Positions 45,715 to 57,314 of a DNA stretch of 64,000 nt are shown one piece after another. This DNA is from Elsinoe ampelina. Its lineage: Eukaryota. The DNA is taken from assembly GCA_010093995.1 (NCBI GenBank), contig ML992505.1, forward strand, positions 1 to 64,000, read 5' to 3'. The position numbers and the translations under genes are program-made. Within the stretch, counting starts at the first letter, position 1, and every line of letters begins with the position of its first letter. A model generated the notes under the pieces. The model was not told where the DNA came from and did no database searches. It saw only the letters and a list, made by a program, of their open reading frames with translations.

Positions 45715-47245
45715 TGGAGGGCGAACTAAGGTATGATTGATTGCCGTCTCGGCGCGGAAGCCGGAGTGGTGGTACGAGTGGAGAGGATTGTATCGGGATG
45801 ATGAGGGGCGGCGCAAGGGACGGGGCGTGACAGGTCGCAAAGGGTCTCTCTGATGGGAAAGGCGAGTTGAGCGAGGAGCTGCTGCTAGCTGCTGTGAGTG
45901 ATTGATCACCCAGGGATGACGATCGCGGTGAGGCAATGATCAACCGTGCAGCAAGCTCCGCTTGTTCGCGAATGCGCAGTGGAAGGAATTGGAGAGATGA
46001 TGTAGGACGGACGATGGAACAAAATGCAGGATTGTCGATTGAGCACGAGCTGTTGGCAACTGGAGAGACGAGGCAGGCACAGAGCAAGGCGAGGTGACAG
46101 CTGGAGACAGACTGGCAGAGGTCAGATCCTCATCGGTCCCTTTCGCACGGCAACAGCAACGGTCAAGTCTCGTTCGGACCTTCAGCCTCAGCAAATGCCA
46201 CACCACAAATAATCCCCAGCGGCCACCTGCCAGCGCCTGGCCCCCAGGGGTTCCGGGTTCGCAGGGCGGGTGATTCCAGAATGCTTCGAGAAGACTTCTG
46301 GAATATTTCCTGATCAGGACGGCAAGTAGACAGCTGTGCAACGAAAGACGGACGGTATCTCCTTGCAGAAGGGCAGGGCATGCACATGTTGACTGTTTTG
46401 TGTTGGCCGGCTTGATTCCATTTTGGGTGGGGGGAGCTCCCCTGACCGACCTTGCCAACCTCAGGACACACCTGCTCTCTGTCTAATAATACTTGGACCA
46501 CATACCGCTCAGCAAGAATAAGCAGACCTCTCCAGAACTCTCTATTGTTCCACAGGATAATTGACCATGTCCCATCAGAATAATGACCATGGCGGGTCGA
46601 GGCATTCTGGCCGGGGATCTTCCCACTACTGTGGACAATGCGCATCCTCCCAAAGAGCTCGGGCGCAGACGGGCCGCAACTCTGTTTCGCTTAGGTATCC
46701 AGCTTCGGTCACACCGTCAGGCACTCCCCCCAGGGCTGTATGAATGAACTGCTCTTCGCTGAAAAGTCGCTGACAACGGTCCGGCCATCTGATTTTCAAG
46801 CCATGTGCAATTCTGCACCGCACGAAACAAGCATTTATATCCGCAGCTGTCGAGCCTGGTCCAAAGAAGCTTTTCTTGATCGACAGACAGTGAATGCCCT
46901 GTCTGGACTCTGTCATCACATTGGATCAGGTGGGAGAAATCTGACGGGTCCCCTTCGTCACCGTGCGTCGTAGTGCGCTGTAGCGTGCTTCTCCGGGCTT
47001 CTCAACCAGCCTCCCAAAAGCTGTTCTGTCCAACAATTGCAACGGCTTCAAGAGCTCCATAATTTTTTCTTCCCATACCGTTGCCTATTCCAACCTCTCC
47101 ACCGTCACAGTGCTCGTCCGAGCTTTAGCAACTTGCTCTTCTAGATTCCGTATCGATTGGATCGGCAGCAGATTCTCACTGTTCAGCGCAAACTCGAATC
47201 ATTCACTAGGCTACCGCACTCCCAATTGCTCCGAATCACCAAGCC

Positions 47246-49270
47246 ATGGGTAGCTACAACTTCAAGTGGTACGTCTCATGCATTCGCTAAAGATGTAGAG
47301 GAAGCGACTGACAAGATCATGGCAGGCCGCATGACGGCAGCGAGGTCTACGTGACTGGCACCTTCGACGACTGGTCCAAGTCGCAAAAGCTCGAAAAGAC
47401 TAGCAAGGGCTTCGAGAAGGATGTGACTCTCAAGAATGTCGACGAGAAGATCTACTACAAGGTGCCCACAAACCGCTGATCGGCTGCTACGCAGAGCAGC
47501 GTCGCTGACAGCAAGCAGTTTGTGGTAGACGGCAACTGGACTACAGATCAGACCGCGCCCTCAGAAACCGACCATGAAGGTAACGTGAACAACGTTCTCA
47601 CGCCGGAACATATTTTGTCCTCCGTAGCGCCTACTTCGACGTAAGGCTCTCCAGTATCCAGCACCCAAGCCCGCATGCTGACATGGTCCAGGACTGCCGC
47701 ACTCGCCGGATCAGTCCCACTCGAGAAGAACAGCAAAGGTGTCACGAGCGATCTTCCAGGTCAATTCCCAGAAACTCCAGCGAACGAGAACCAAACCTTT
47801 TCCGTCAACCCTATTCCCGCAACTTCCGGCGCAAGCAACCCCGTAAAACTGGCACCAGGCGACAAGGTGCCTGACTCGAGCTCCTACACCGCGGATACTC
47901 TCGGCAGCAACGTCAAGTTGGACAAAGAGTCGTATGAGAAGGGCGGCTCCGGTGCGGACGAGCAAACATTCTCTGTCAACCCCATTCCTGCCACGGCTGG
48001 CGCAGGCAACCCTGTCAAGCTGGCACCCGGAGAGAAGGTACCTGACGCGAGCACCTACACCGACAGTACCGTCACCAACAACGTCAAGCTCGATCAGGAG
48101 TCATACGAGAAGAGTGGCTCTGGCGCACCCGTCCTCCCTCCGGTCCTCAACAAGCAGGAGCAAGCAGAGGCCAACGGCGCCGCTATCTTTGGTGTCCCAC
48201 CGGTTTCGAGCAACATCATCCCAGAATCCAGCCTCCCAATGGGTCAAGCAGGCCAGACAGACAAGAGCTTGGGTGATCCCACCATATCCTCTGCCAGTCC
48301 TCAGAGCACCACTGCTCAGCTGGCCGGACAGCAACCGATCGAGCCGAGAGGCGTCCCAGAAGTTGTGAGTGAGAGTCAGCAAACCGCTCATGCATCACCT
48401 GAGGCTTCGTCTTCCCCAGAAGCCGTGCAAGAAAAAGCTCAGGTTGAGGAGGAGATCAAGAAGAAGGTTCCCGAAGCCCCATCGACCTCCGAATCTGGTC
48501 TCCTCGGGAAGAGCGAGAAGGGCATTCTTGGCACCGCCGCCGCTGGTGTGGCTGCTGCTGGCGCTGCTGCCGCGGGAGCTGCTTACGCTGCTCGCGACAA
48601 GGTGGCTGAGTCTACGGGAACGAAGCCTGAGGAAGTTCTTCCCACCTCCGTGCAGAAGACGCTCGATAGCGCAGCCGGAACATCGAAACCTGCAGAAACG
48701 AAGCCGGTCGCCACCACCGCGACTGACGCAACGCCCAATGGTGTACCAGAAGTCGTGACTGAGTCACAGCAGAAGGCGCACGCCGATCCGGAGGCTTCAG
48801 CTTCTGCAGAAGCCGTCAAGGAGAAAGCTGCTGTGGAGAAAGAGCTGGAGCAAAAGATCAAGCCCACACAAGAGACTGGTGAGCCTGCACCAACTGATAG
48901 CGCTGCACTCTCCGCCAGCGCTCCAGTCAAGCCGACCGACGATTCGACACCCGGCCCAGACTCCCGAAGCAACGCCGGACGCACTCTTGAGCCCAACCCG
49001 ACCGCCAGAGCCGACGAGTCGCGTGATGTCTCTCCCATGACCAAGCCTGGCGAACCCAGTGCTGCACCAAAGCAGACTGAGACCACCGTGACTGCCGGCA
49101 ACCCGTCCACGCCACAGAAGAAGCGTACTTCCAGCTTCTTCAAGAAGACGCCTGCCACACCGGATAGTACTCGAACACCCCAATCCGACACCGCCAGCCC
49201 GTCGAGCCAAGCCAAGAAGGATAAGAGGAAATCCTTCTTTGGCAAGCTCAAGGAGAAGCTCAAGTCATAG
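47246..49270 (+). CDS. Mdg1/Crp1-like protein with an N-terminal AMPK-beta-type glycogen-binding (CBM48-like) domain
   Basis: Spliced N-terminus MGSYNFKWPH..SEVYVTGTFDDWSK...YYKFVVDGNW...GNVNNVL. Introns 47269-47325, 47462-47518, 47641-47691. Repetitive acidic body, basic end KKDKRKSFFGKLKEKLKS. Confidence 0.85.
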
Positions 49271-50162
49271 ACTGTCTTTGTCTTCTGATGGCGTCAAAAT
49301 TCTCCCACTCCAGGTTAGAGCTACTGTCTTTGCTTCACCGACCAATCCACATCGCAGCAAGCATGGGAGGTTTCTACTGCTGAGTATGTTCTTGGTTATC
49401 AAGACATGCGTTGAGCGTCTTCTTGTCTCGTTCTCCTGTTCCGTCAAAAGGCGGCATGGCATATTCCCCCTGATTCTAGCCAGCCAGATATTTGTGACGG
49501 ACAAGGCCTTGTAATTTAGTTTGGTATAGTCCGTAGTTAGCCTGCATGTTAGTCAATACCCATTGAATCTCTATCCTTCAGATGCCGGCTGGATCGATGC
49601 TCACGTGATTCTGCAATGACATTGCCGAATATCGATTCCGGATAAACTCGCGGAAAATCTGCACAGGTCCAAATACCACTCGGCTACCTTTGATACCTGT
49701 CAACTCGCGCAGTCTATGCCTCTCGACACTGAGGCAATCAAGTGATATTTTCCAGTCAATCTGGATATGCTTACCGATAAAAGCAAGACTAGATTGCCCC
49801 GGTGTAGAAGTAACGAGACACGTGACATGTCTCATGGCCGACACCAGGAACGACATCTCTTCCTCACGTGCAGTACATCCAAACCGTGCATGCACGTCCA
49901 AATGGAACATCCTTCACGATCATCTCCATCGAGATCCGCGTGGCTCTGATCCACTGTTTGTGCAGGGTGCAGCTCCAATTCCGTCGTTTCTCGTCATGCT
50001 GTCTCCCATTGCATTGTGATGTCACCATGTGTAAGTACTACTAGGTAGTTGGGATGAGCTCAAACAGACATTTCTTATGCAATTGATTCTGCTATTCTGT
50101 GTCTTAATTGAACATTCGCATTCGCAGTCGAAACACTAGAAAGACATCCTTCTACCACAATC

Positions 50163-50827
50163 ATGTCGAAAGAATACAAAGGCCAGAACCCGCTTGACAT
50201 CGCCAAGCAGGCCGAGCAAGACCTCAACTCCTACGATGCAAAAGTCGGTCGTGGAGGCAACGACAGCAGTGAGTCCCTCTCTCGTCCTCGAGACCCCGTC
50301 TCTGAGGGTATTCATATGCCCCTCATCGGCGGACTGCACGCCTGCTTCCCTCGTTGCCCTCACCTCCTCCAATCCATTCAAGGCCGATTCTAACACAACT
50401 CAGCCCTCGAATCTGGCGTCAACGAAGCCGGAGCACAGAAGTTCCCAGGCGGCGACGTGATCTACGGGTCCGCCGCCTCAGGAGCAGGGGACAACCGCAC
50501 CATCCCCCTCGGCGAAGGAGGAGACATCAACCCTGTGACGGGCAAGTACGTAGTTCCCCCACCCCCTTCACGTCTCGCGTCCCCCGTGGCGTCTTTCGAA
50601 GACATGCCAGCTGACCTTGGCATCATTCCAGGCCAACCAAAGCCCGCGACTTCGAAGGCCTAGGCGGCCCTGAAGACAAAGCCCGCAAGTACGCCGAGGA
50701 CCACGGCGGAGCAGACGACGTGCGCTCCAACATCAGAGACCACTCGACCGCCGACAGGTCGGGCGGGGGTGGCCATGTGCCTGATGTCACTGCAAAGGGG
50801 ATGGGGAAGGCGACGGACGTGCAGTGA
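50163..50827 (+). CDS. Small hydrophilic Gly-rich hypothetical protein
   Basis: Exons 50163-50268, 50404-50545 and 50632-50827 have canonical splice signals and join in frame: MSKEYKGQNPLDIAKQAEQDLNS...ESGVNEAG..KFPGG.V.YGSAASGAGDNR.IP..EGG...ARDFEG.GGPEDK. Confidence 0.75.
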
Positions 50828-51168
50828 TCTGTCACTTTCAGACACCGTGATAGCTCAGAAGGACATGATGGGAGAGAGGCGTTGAGAAGCGAAGAACAAA
50901 TCTACCTCGAGAGGGAAAGAGAAACCGGCACTGGCTGCAGCAGATACTAAGGTGGCTCATAGGAGATCAGAATCGGACATGTAGCACAATGAATGCAAGA
51001 CGTGAAAAGTCATCACTATCACTTTTGACACACTCATGCAGAGCATTGACTGTCATCGACATGTATTAACTCCCGCATTACCTTCTTCCCCTTGAAAAAG
51101 CCATGCTGGGTATCAGAAAGCCACCATCCCATCCTGCCCCTCGTATACAAACGACCACTCCCCCTCCA

Positions 51169-54100
51169 TCACCGATGCACCACCTCCGGGAACCTCTCCC
51201 ACTCCCCCGGTGGTCTCCCCAACCCATCTCTGTGATGCGCCGGCTCCCACGTCCCATACCTCGTCATCACCATCTGCGGCGCCCCATGCATCCCAAACGT
51301 CGGCTGGCCCATATTCCCCATCGTCCTTGCCTGAGCAGCGAAACTAGCCGGTGGCTGTGGCGGCACGGGCTGAGGCTGCTGCACCTGTACCGGAGTCTGC
51401 AGAGGAGCATGTTGAATCACCCCCGCCGTGCCCGCCGCCTCCTTCCTCCGCTTCTCCTCTTCCAATTTCTTCTTCTGAACTAATGTTCCCTTGACGCCAG
51501 TGAGATACTTCCTCGCCTCTCTCACCAATGGCCCTTGTTCAGGAGACTGCTTGAGTGCGTCCAGCATGGCCCGGACTTGAGTTTCGGAATTGATGTGTGG
51601 GCAAATGCGAGCGTGGCCAAAGTGTGCGAGGCCGCAGAGGTTGCATCGTTCTAGACCGGCTTTCTTGAGCGGGCAGGAGCCTTGGGCGTGCATGTTGCCG
51701 CAGGCCACGCAAGTGGTGACGATGGGGCCGTTGGTGGGCCGTTGTGAAGGGTTTGGGAAGAAGATGGGGACAGCTTCGGAGCCAGGGGGTGTGGGGAGAC
51801 CGTGGTAGCTGCGGTTGAAGGTTTGGGGGACGTTGACGCGGCGGAAGACGGCTGTGAGAAAGGTGTTAGCGGTGTCTCTTGGTTGGATTTGAAAGCAATT
51901 GGAAAAGCAATAACGGGAGCGAGAAGAAGTAGGAGTAAAGCTGTTGTACAGGAGTGGTTGAGCTGTTGGACATCCACCCCTAAGGGGATGGGCTGTCCGT
52001 GGTCAGATCAACCACTTCTCTCGGTGTCGTCGGCTTGCGGGGCCAGGCTTTCATGCCAGTATCCTTCATCTTTGAAGCAGGAACTGGCTCGAACGCATCA
52101 TCACTGCAATCTTCGACGTCCGCTGGAGACAGTGCAGGTGTCGGTAGCGAGCCCGCTGACTCGGTCTTGACAGCCCTGCCTTTCTTAGGCGTGACCGGAG
52201 CCCTTGACGCAGGAACCGGCCTGATGGTACGGACACTCGGGGCCTTTGAAGGCGTTGCCTTGAGGGGGACTGGCTTCCGCACAGACTTCTTGGGCGTGAA
52301 GCTTTTCGTGGGTTTGACACGCTTGGACGTAGTCGGACTCTTCCGATAGTTCTTCATAAGAGCTTCGAAAGCTGCCCTCTTCTCGGCAAATACGGTCTTG
52401 AAGAAAAGATTCTTCTTACCTTGGCCAATAGTCGGGGTCTTCTTCTTCTTCTTGTTCTTGCCGCCTTCGAGTTCGTTTGCGTCAACTGCATCCGATTCGG
52501 GCTCGGAGTCTTGTGCATCTCCTCCATCACTCTCAGCTCGGAAGTCTGTATCGCTGTTGTCATCTTTGACTTTGTCCAGAGTTTTCGCTTCTTCCGCCTC
52601 GATCGCGGCGTCCTGCAAGTCCTGGTCCGTAGGCTGGTAGCTCACGTTTTGCTGATTCAGTTAGCTTAGTATCGTATAAGGGAACACAATACACACCATC
52701 TTCGCACGGCGACCTCTGCCAAACGCCTCCTTGACAGCGGCCGCCTCTGCCGCGGCAGCTCTCTCCCGCTCCTTGAGAATCTTGTCCCAAACACCTGGAT
52801 CTGGGGCAGTATCCTCAGCCTCGGCGGTCAGACTTTCTTCGAGGCCGTTGTTGGCCCAAACGCGAGCGGCGGAGAATTGAGTCTCGGCAGATTTGTCTTC
52901 ACCAGTCTGAGTATTTTCAATCTGACTGCGATCAAGCAGCTTGTCGATCTCTGAATCCTCATACTTGATGTCTTTTTCACCATCGTCGCTGAAGATCTCC
53001 GAGGCGCCATAAGTAAGGATGGACTGCAGGTCCTGATCAGTGGCGTCTTCTTCGTCCATCTTCTCAATCAGAACATGATCAAGAGCCATCTTCTTGCGGC
53101 CAATCTGGATGATCTTCTCCTCGGCAGAGGCACGGGTGACAAGCTGAAAGCAAAGCACTTTGTTCTTCTGCCCGATACGATGCGCACGGCTCAAAGCTTG
53201 GATGTCCTGATGAGGATTGAAGTCCGGATCGAGGATAATGACCGTATCCGCGGTGGCCAGATTGATGCCAACACCTCCAGCACGGGTGGAAAGGAGGAAC
53301 GCAAAGTATTCGGACTCGGGGGCATTGAAGTCGTCGATGCGTCGCTGCTTCTGCAAGCTGCTCATGGTCCCATCGAGACGATGGTACATCATACCCAGAC
53401 CGTCGAGGAAGTCTTCCACCATGGTGAGCATGTCCAAGAACTGGGAGAAGATGAGGAGCCGGTGACCACGCTCTTTGAGCTTTGGTAGAAGCATCTCCAG
53501 AAGCTGTAGCTTCCCACTCGCTTCGACGAGATTGCGATGGCTGATCGAGTGAGAAACATTGCGCTCTTCGATGCTCTTATTGTAGACGAAAGGGTGGCAG
53601 AGACATTTCCGCAGCTGCATGAGGATATTGTTCAGTGATCCCTTCTCGCTAGATTTAAGATCCCGCTTTTCTTTGAAGAGGGCTCGCAGCAGGTCCGGAT
53701 TCTTCGCAAGGATAGACCGGTAAAGCTTCTTCTGTACCAGAGACATGGAGACCGGTACGATGATCTGCGCCATAGGTGGCAGGAATGTGAGGACTTGAGC
53801 CTTGGTCCGGCGAAGGAAGAACGGACGAATCATCTCGTGAAGCCTAGCAACCTTCTCGTTGTCCAAATTCTCATACTCGGATTCAAGTTGAGAAGCATCA
53901 TGCGCCTCATCGAGGAATTGGAGAAGATTGAAGAGCTCGCGCGCATTGTTCTGTAGCGGCGTACCAGTGAGCAGGATTCGGAAGGGCACCTTGAGGGAGA
54001 GCAGCGCATTGTAAAGGATCGTCTTGTCGCTCTTCAATCGCTGGCCCTCATCCACAATCAAAGCTTGCCATGGAACGTTGCGGAAGAATTTCTTGTTGTT

Positions 54101-56985
54101 GTCGTCGGCTGCGGCTTCGTAGGAGGTGACGACAATATGGGCCTTTAGCTCTTTCACTCCCTTCGGGAAGAGTTCATAGCGATGTGACATGTCGCGAGCC
54201 GCCTGTGAACCGAACCATGCAACGACCTTCAAGCCTGGGGCCCAATGCTTGATCTCGCGACGCCAATTGGCGCATGTCGCATTCGGGACAACAATCAGGA
54301 ACGGGAAGGTGTTGTGCTCAGCGACCAGAGTTGCAAGGAATGCGATGATCTGAATGGTCTTGCCTAGACCCATCTCGTCTGCTAGGATTGCGTTCTTCTG
54401 AGAGTACCATTTGTAGTACAGCCAGTTTAAGCCTTCCAGCTGATACTTCATCAACTCGCCACCAACGAGGATGTCGGGCTGCTTCTTCTTTTCGAGGTCA
54501 GAGGCAAAGTCCTTGGAGCGTACCTTCTCGAGTCGAGTCTTCAGTGGCTGAGACTTTGGTAGATGAATGTATTGACCCATCACGTAGTCGTTGTATGCGG
54601 TGACAAAGTCAGTCCAGCGGTCCTCATCTTCAGGAAGTGGAGGCGATTCCCAGACGGCATCCTCGTAGGTCAGACCCTTGAACTTGATAAGTGCTTGTTT
54701 GACTTCCCGGATTCGAGCTTTGTCAATCTCTTCGCCCTTGACGTCCACGATACTGGTGTACTTGACGTCGAGAACAATGTCAGTCCGGAGGTATTCTTCA
54801 GGAATGGCATCCTCGGTGGTCATTTTGGGCACTCTTGCTTCGTCACGCTTGGCGAAAGCCTTGCGCATGGAGCCTGCTGAGACGCCCCAAACCCATGGCC
54901 CGGGCATCCATGTAGCCTTGAAGTAGGACATGCCCTCCCAGCGAACAAGGTAGACTTTGTCATCCTCGTTGATTTCTTCGATCGTCTTGGTAGGGTCGTA
55001 ATTGTCTTCCTCAACGGGCTTCCAGGCGATTAGACCTTTGAGCTTGGCCGGGGCAGTCTCGCACTCCTGGCATTTCCATTCCTTGGAGTATTCGAGAAAT
55101 CTCTGGGTGGCGACCGACTCTTCATCCGTGTCCATGAGTTCAGAGTTGCGAGGTGGTAAGTGCTCAAAGTGCCAGGCTCTGTAGCAGCCGACACAGCGAA
55201 ACATGACCGTAGCAGGATTGTTGACCAAGGATGACGGGATCGGGGCGCTTGGATCCTCGCCACCGTTGAGTTCTCGATCTTTCTGCTCTTGCGCGGTAGT
55301 CTTGCGAGCTCTGAAAGCTTTGCATGCCGGTCCAGGGATCTGGCAGTCAGTACACTTGGCTTGATCAGGAGCTGTTGGCTCCCGCTTCAAGACAACCCGG
55401 ATGCATCTCCTGCACTGCAGAACAAAATCTTCGGGTCCTACTTTGGTCGCCATGTGCTCTCGTGTCGAACGATCTCTGATGCAACCCTTGTGATACGAAA
55501 GTGTGCACCCTTGACAGTAAATCAGAGGTGCGAAGTTGCTGCCTTGACCACAAGTATCGCATTGCTGCATATGACGATTGCGAAAGGGATGGGTCCGCGG
55601 CAGAGGTTGGAACTTCTCCTTGGCTCCGACCGCCTTGGGAGCTGCTGCAGGCCTGTCTGAGTCCGAACGATGGATTTGGTCCTCTCCGATTTCTATCATA
55701 CCGCCCTGATGACGGGTAGATCGACCAGATTGACGAACAGATTTATCCTTTGGCGCACGATCGAACACAGTACCATCATCTGCAACATAGCTGGAACGTT
55801 TACGGCTTCCTGTAGCTCTGCTTGGGCGTTTAGGCTTGATGTCGGAAGTGAGAAATGCGACCTCATCTTCGCTTGACTCCGAGTATGGCGGCGCTTCGTC
55901 TTCGGATGGGATAGCGTTCCTCAGTGATCGGCGGCTTCTTGTGCCGTGCTTGTCGCTATTGTCCAGTGCAGAGGCGCTGCGACGGGTGTTGCGGCGCGAA
56001 GATCTGAGTCGAGTCAAGTCATCGTCACCTTCATCTCGACGCTTTGCTAGCAGGCGCAGGCGGGGCTTCTTTGTGGCTCGCGAATCGTCACTGCTATCGA
56101 GTGCAGCGTTCATGGCATCAAGGTCGGCATAGCCATGTCCTAATTGTCGCTTGGCAGAGGGGCGACTTGTGCTCATCTCAAAGTCGCTTTCGTCTGCGAA
56201 ATCGTCGTCGTGGTCGATATCCTTGAAACTTGATGTGTAGGCACTGTATGCTTCTTTCCCACCTTCGAGTCGCAGCACTTGAGAAAGAGGCAGCTGCAAA
56301 TAATGTTAGACTCTGAATTCGGTAGGAGTTGACAAATCAAGGTAAAGCTGGAAGCAAGTGCGCAAATAAGAAGTGAGTAGCAAGTTGAGGTCGATGACTG
56401 TTCAAAAGGAACGACCAGTGATTAGAGCAGAAAAAGGCAGCAGTGAGAAGCTCGAGGCCCAGAGGCTTCCATGTGCCCAGAGGTAGTGATTGAGATATGA
56501 ATAGAAAGACTCACCTCAGAAGAATGTGTATCCTCAAATAGGACCTCGCAAGTGTTTTCCGAACCCTTACTCTTCTTCACTTCCAACACCTCTTTGACCA
56601 CTCCAGCAAGGTGTGTGTAATCCTCAAAGTCACTCAGATTTCCGTCTTTGTAAGGTGGGATATACACCAGAACTCGATCGTCGACGATTTCTTGCTGCTT
56701 GTTGATCGGTACGAACGAACTGATCTGAATTGGTTCTTCTGACACTCCTGCACTGGAGGCTTCGTCGCTGACATCGTTTGATGAGGTGGGTGAGATCGAG
56801 ATTGGCCTTGGTCTGTTCTGAGTGGCATTGCGGAGTCCTTGACTGCTCGCCCGACTGCTCGTGAGGTCAACAGGACTGTCCTCATCCGAGCCATCATCCA
56901 CTGGACGTGATGTTTCCACGGGCGTCTTGTCCTTGCGTGGAGCGGCCCATTGCGAAATGTCCTCGGATTCGGAGGAGGACGCCAT
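51169..56985 (-). CDS. CHD3/Mi-2-like chromatin remodeller (Mit1-like): PHD-like fingers, tandem chromodomains, SNF2 ATPase, C-terminal Cys/His finger
   Basis: [85 protein letters not shown]. Introns 56514-56294, 52696-52652, 52419-51852. Confidence 0.88.
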
Positions 56986-57314
56986 TGTTTGCGGGTGTGC
57001 TTGCGCCGAAGACTTGGGATGTGTGGTCAGGTGCAAGCGCAGTGATACATATCGTCTAGAGAAACTATGGATGCCAGCTTCCAGTGACCAGCAAGAAGAG
57101 GAAGAGCCAAGATTTGTCGAGGTGTGACTGTGAACTTCACATGGACGAGCCTCGGAGTGTCGAAGTGTAAAGCTACACGTCGGCGTTCGAGACGCGAAAT
57201 GCCGACATTGATTGATTGATTGACCCACTTTTATTTGCTCCGACAGCTCCAAGCTACGATTCCATATCTTACCTCTTCTCCATATCACTTACACGAGTGC
57301 CTTCGTTTAATCTC

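Noticed and set aside
45715..45936. 74-codon non-AUG N-terminal extension of the PKA regulatory subunit
   Set aside because: TTG in poor context; a C-rich leader is stop-poor by composition; homology starts at the ATG.
16489..56985. Chromatin gene cluster (ISWI, FHL1, SPT6, Mit1-like)
   Set aside because: Spread over 40 kb among unrelated housekeeping genes; no evidence beyond chance.
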